Positions 62,548 to 64,000 of a DNA stretch of 64,000 nucleotides are shown piece after piece (the stretch's first letter is position 1; the number at the start of each line of letters is the position of its first letter). The position numbers were made by a program, and so were the translations under genes. The notes under the pieces were generated by a model, which saw only the letters and a program-made list of their open reading frames with translations, searched no databases and was not told the DNA's origin. Source of the stretch: an uncultured Lactobacillus sp. GTDB taxonomy: Bacteria > Bacillota > Bacilli > Lactobacillales > Lactobacillaceae. The DNA lies in contig CAMFOZ010000001.1 in the NCBI GenBank assembly GCA_945971245.1, positions 140 through 64,139 of the forward strand, given 5' to 3'.

Positions 62548-64000
62548 TTAATTTTTTAAAGTCTGCAGGACCACGTTATCCTTCCCGAACAAGCGATTCA
62601 ACGCCTGCGCGGTTACCTGCTCACGGTCCAGCCACTTACTACGTGCCTGAAGGTGCTTGGCATCCGTAGCGGGATAGTAGAGCAGAACCGGAATGTTGCC
62701 ATGATGGGCATGCATCACCGCATTGAGTCGGCTCATCACCTGGCGATTGGCTTTATCGGGGAAGACCCGGATGACCCAACGTTGATTAGGTACCAGCTGT
62801 TTCTGCAGCGTGGCGGCCGACTGAATCTGGTCTGCCAAGAGCTGGGTCCCCCGCCCCGGCCGGACCTCAACCTTACCGTGCACCACTAAAACCTGGTTAT
62901 CTTTCAGTTCCGCAGCGTAGCGCTGGTATTGTTTTGGAAAAGCCGTGACGTCAATGGTCCCGGTCTGATCAGAGCCAGACACAAAGGCCATTGGGCGGTG
63001 ATCACGCTTTGTATAGATCGTCTTAACATGGTTGACAAAGAGGAGAATGGTGACGCTTTGCCCCGGCTGCAGACGATCAATGGTCTGAACATGCAGGGCT
63101 GCCCCTAGCCGTTGATATTGGGTGACCGGGTGACCGGAGAGGTAGACGCCCAGATATTCATTCTCCTTCAATAGCCGGGTGGTTAACGAAAACTCGTTTC
63201 GCCGTTCAATCGTTGATTGGAGGCTCGGATCGTCCTGGAAGCTGCTCAGGAGCTGGTCAATCCCTGACACCATTTCTGGCAAAGCAGCGATCATCTCCGC
63301 CCGATTATAGCCCAGATGGTCAAAGGCCCCGGCATAGATCAAGGGCTCAATTAACTCCTGCTTACGGAAGTTAGCCGGGACCCGGTTGACAAAGTCGCGC
63401 AGGTCTTTATAAGGCCCGTTGGCACGCCGCTGTTTGATAACCTCAGCCGTAAAGTCCCGCCGCATCCCCTTAATATCGGCTAGGCCAAAGTAGATCTGAC
63501 CATCGTGCAGGGTGAATGACTCCCCACTGACATTAATCCGCGGTCCGTTCACCACCACCCCTAATTTACGGGCATTGGCAACGTGCTGCCGTAACTTAGT
63601 CAGGTTGGTCTCGGCACCCATCAACGCCGTGTAGAAGGCATTCGGGTAGTGGCACTTCAGGTAGGCCAGTTCAAATGCCAGCATGGAATAAGCAACCGCG
63701 TGGGACCGGTTAAACCCGTAGTTGGCGAACTGGTCAATGTAGTCAAACACCTGCTGGGCCCGTTCCATGGTGAAGCCATTTTTGACGGCCCCCTTAAGGA
63801 ACTTGTCCCGCATGCCAGCCATAACGGCGGCTTTCTTCTTACTCATCGCCCGCCGTAACAGGTCGGCCTCACCCAGGGTAAAGCCGGCCATGGCCGATGC
63901 CAGCTGCATAACCTGTTCCTGGTAGACCAGGATGCCATAGGTAGGTGCCAGAATCGCACGCAGGGCCGGATCCGGGATCTGGTACTTTTCCTGACCGTGC
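62548..64000 (-). CDS. dnaE: DNA polymerase III alpha subunit, C-terminal part (5' end outside window)
   Basis: The frame is open to the window edge. GILVYQEQVMQLAS...FNRSHAVAY motifs. Confidence 0.9.
   Translation of the reverse strand, partial: HGQEKYQIPDPALRAILAPTYGILVYQEQVMQLASAMAGFTLGEADLLRRAMSKKKAAVMAGMRDKFLKGAVKNGFTMERAQQVFDYIDQFANYGFNRSHAVAYSMLAFELAYLKCHYPNAFYTALMGAETNLTKLRQHVANARKLGVVVNGPRINVSGESFTLHDGQIYFGLADIKGMRRDFTAEVIKQRRANGPYKDLRDFVNRVPANFRKQELIEPLIYAGAFDHLGYNRAEMIAALPEMVSGIDQLLSSFQDDPSLQSTIERRNEFSLTTRLLKENEYLGVYLSGHPVTQYQRLGAALHVQTIDRLQPGQSVTILLFVNHVKTIYTKRDHRPMAFVSGSDQTGTIDVTAFPKQYQRYAAELKDNQVLVVHGKVEVRPGRGTQLLADQIQSAATLQKQLVPNQRWVIRVFPDKANRQVMSRLNAVMHAHHGNIPVLLYYPATDAKHLQARSKWLDREQVTAQALNRLFGKDNVVLQTLKN

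Noticed and set aside
1-64000. CRISPR arrays, rRNA genes, reverse transcriptase/retron or transposase genes
   Set aside because: There are no regularly spaced direct repeats of 25-40 bp, no rRNA-like stretches, and no RT or transposase motifs in any ORF.

Overview
Positions 1 to ~56.5 kb are the integrase-proximal part of a temperate siphovirus-type prophage with an HK97-like head and cos/HNH-type packaging. The host is lactobacillus-like. Almost all lytic genes are on the minus strand. In transcription order they run: Cro-like gene (52106), recombination/replication genes (44-49 kb), about 40 tightly coupled small ORFs, an RNA island (34.2-36.2 kb) holding an ArpU/RinA-like late regulator, a 14-kb accessory block (19.9-34.2 kb), HNH, a candidate cos site, terS, an intron-split terL, portal, protease, capsid, connectors, tail, tape measure, Dit and Tal. 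The lysis genes and the second att site lie beyond position 1. The lysogeny module is on the plus strand at 52.9-56.4 kb: CI-like repressor, ImmA-like protease, two unknown genes and a tyrosine integrase. Positions 56.6-64.0 kb are visibly GC-richer chromosome: rluB, scpB, scpA, a RibT-like GNAT gene, xerD, a cvfB-like gene, pyk and the 3' part of dnaE. The most notable observations are: (1) a 2-kb ORF-poor RNA island with three canonical tRNAs (Gln-UUG, Lys-UUU, Asn-GUU), four aberrant tRNA mimics, repeated structured modules and a ~0.5-kb helix-dense segment, which may be a large ornate ncRNA of the ROOL/GOLLD kind or something undescribed; (2) a 293-nt ORF-less group I intron splitting terL just after its Walker A motif; (3) a translationally coupled pair of large genes (a 680-aa protein with a TerD-like domain and a 566-aa polytopic membrane protein) heading an accessory block that also carries PnuC-like, MazG-like, MazEF and an HNH cassette bounded by 20-bp inverted repeats. 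All coordinates, folds and family calls were made by eye from the sequence and the ORF track. No searches were run.
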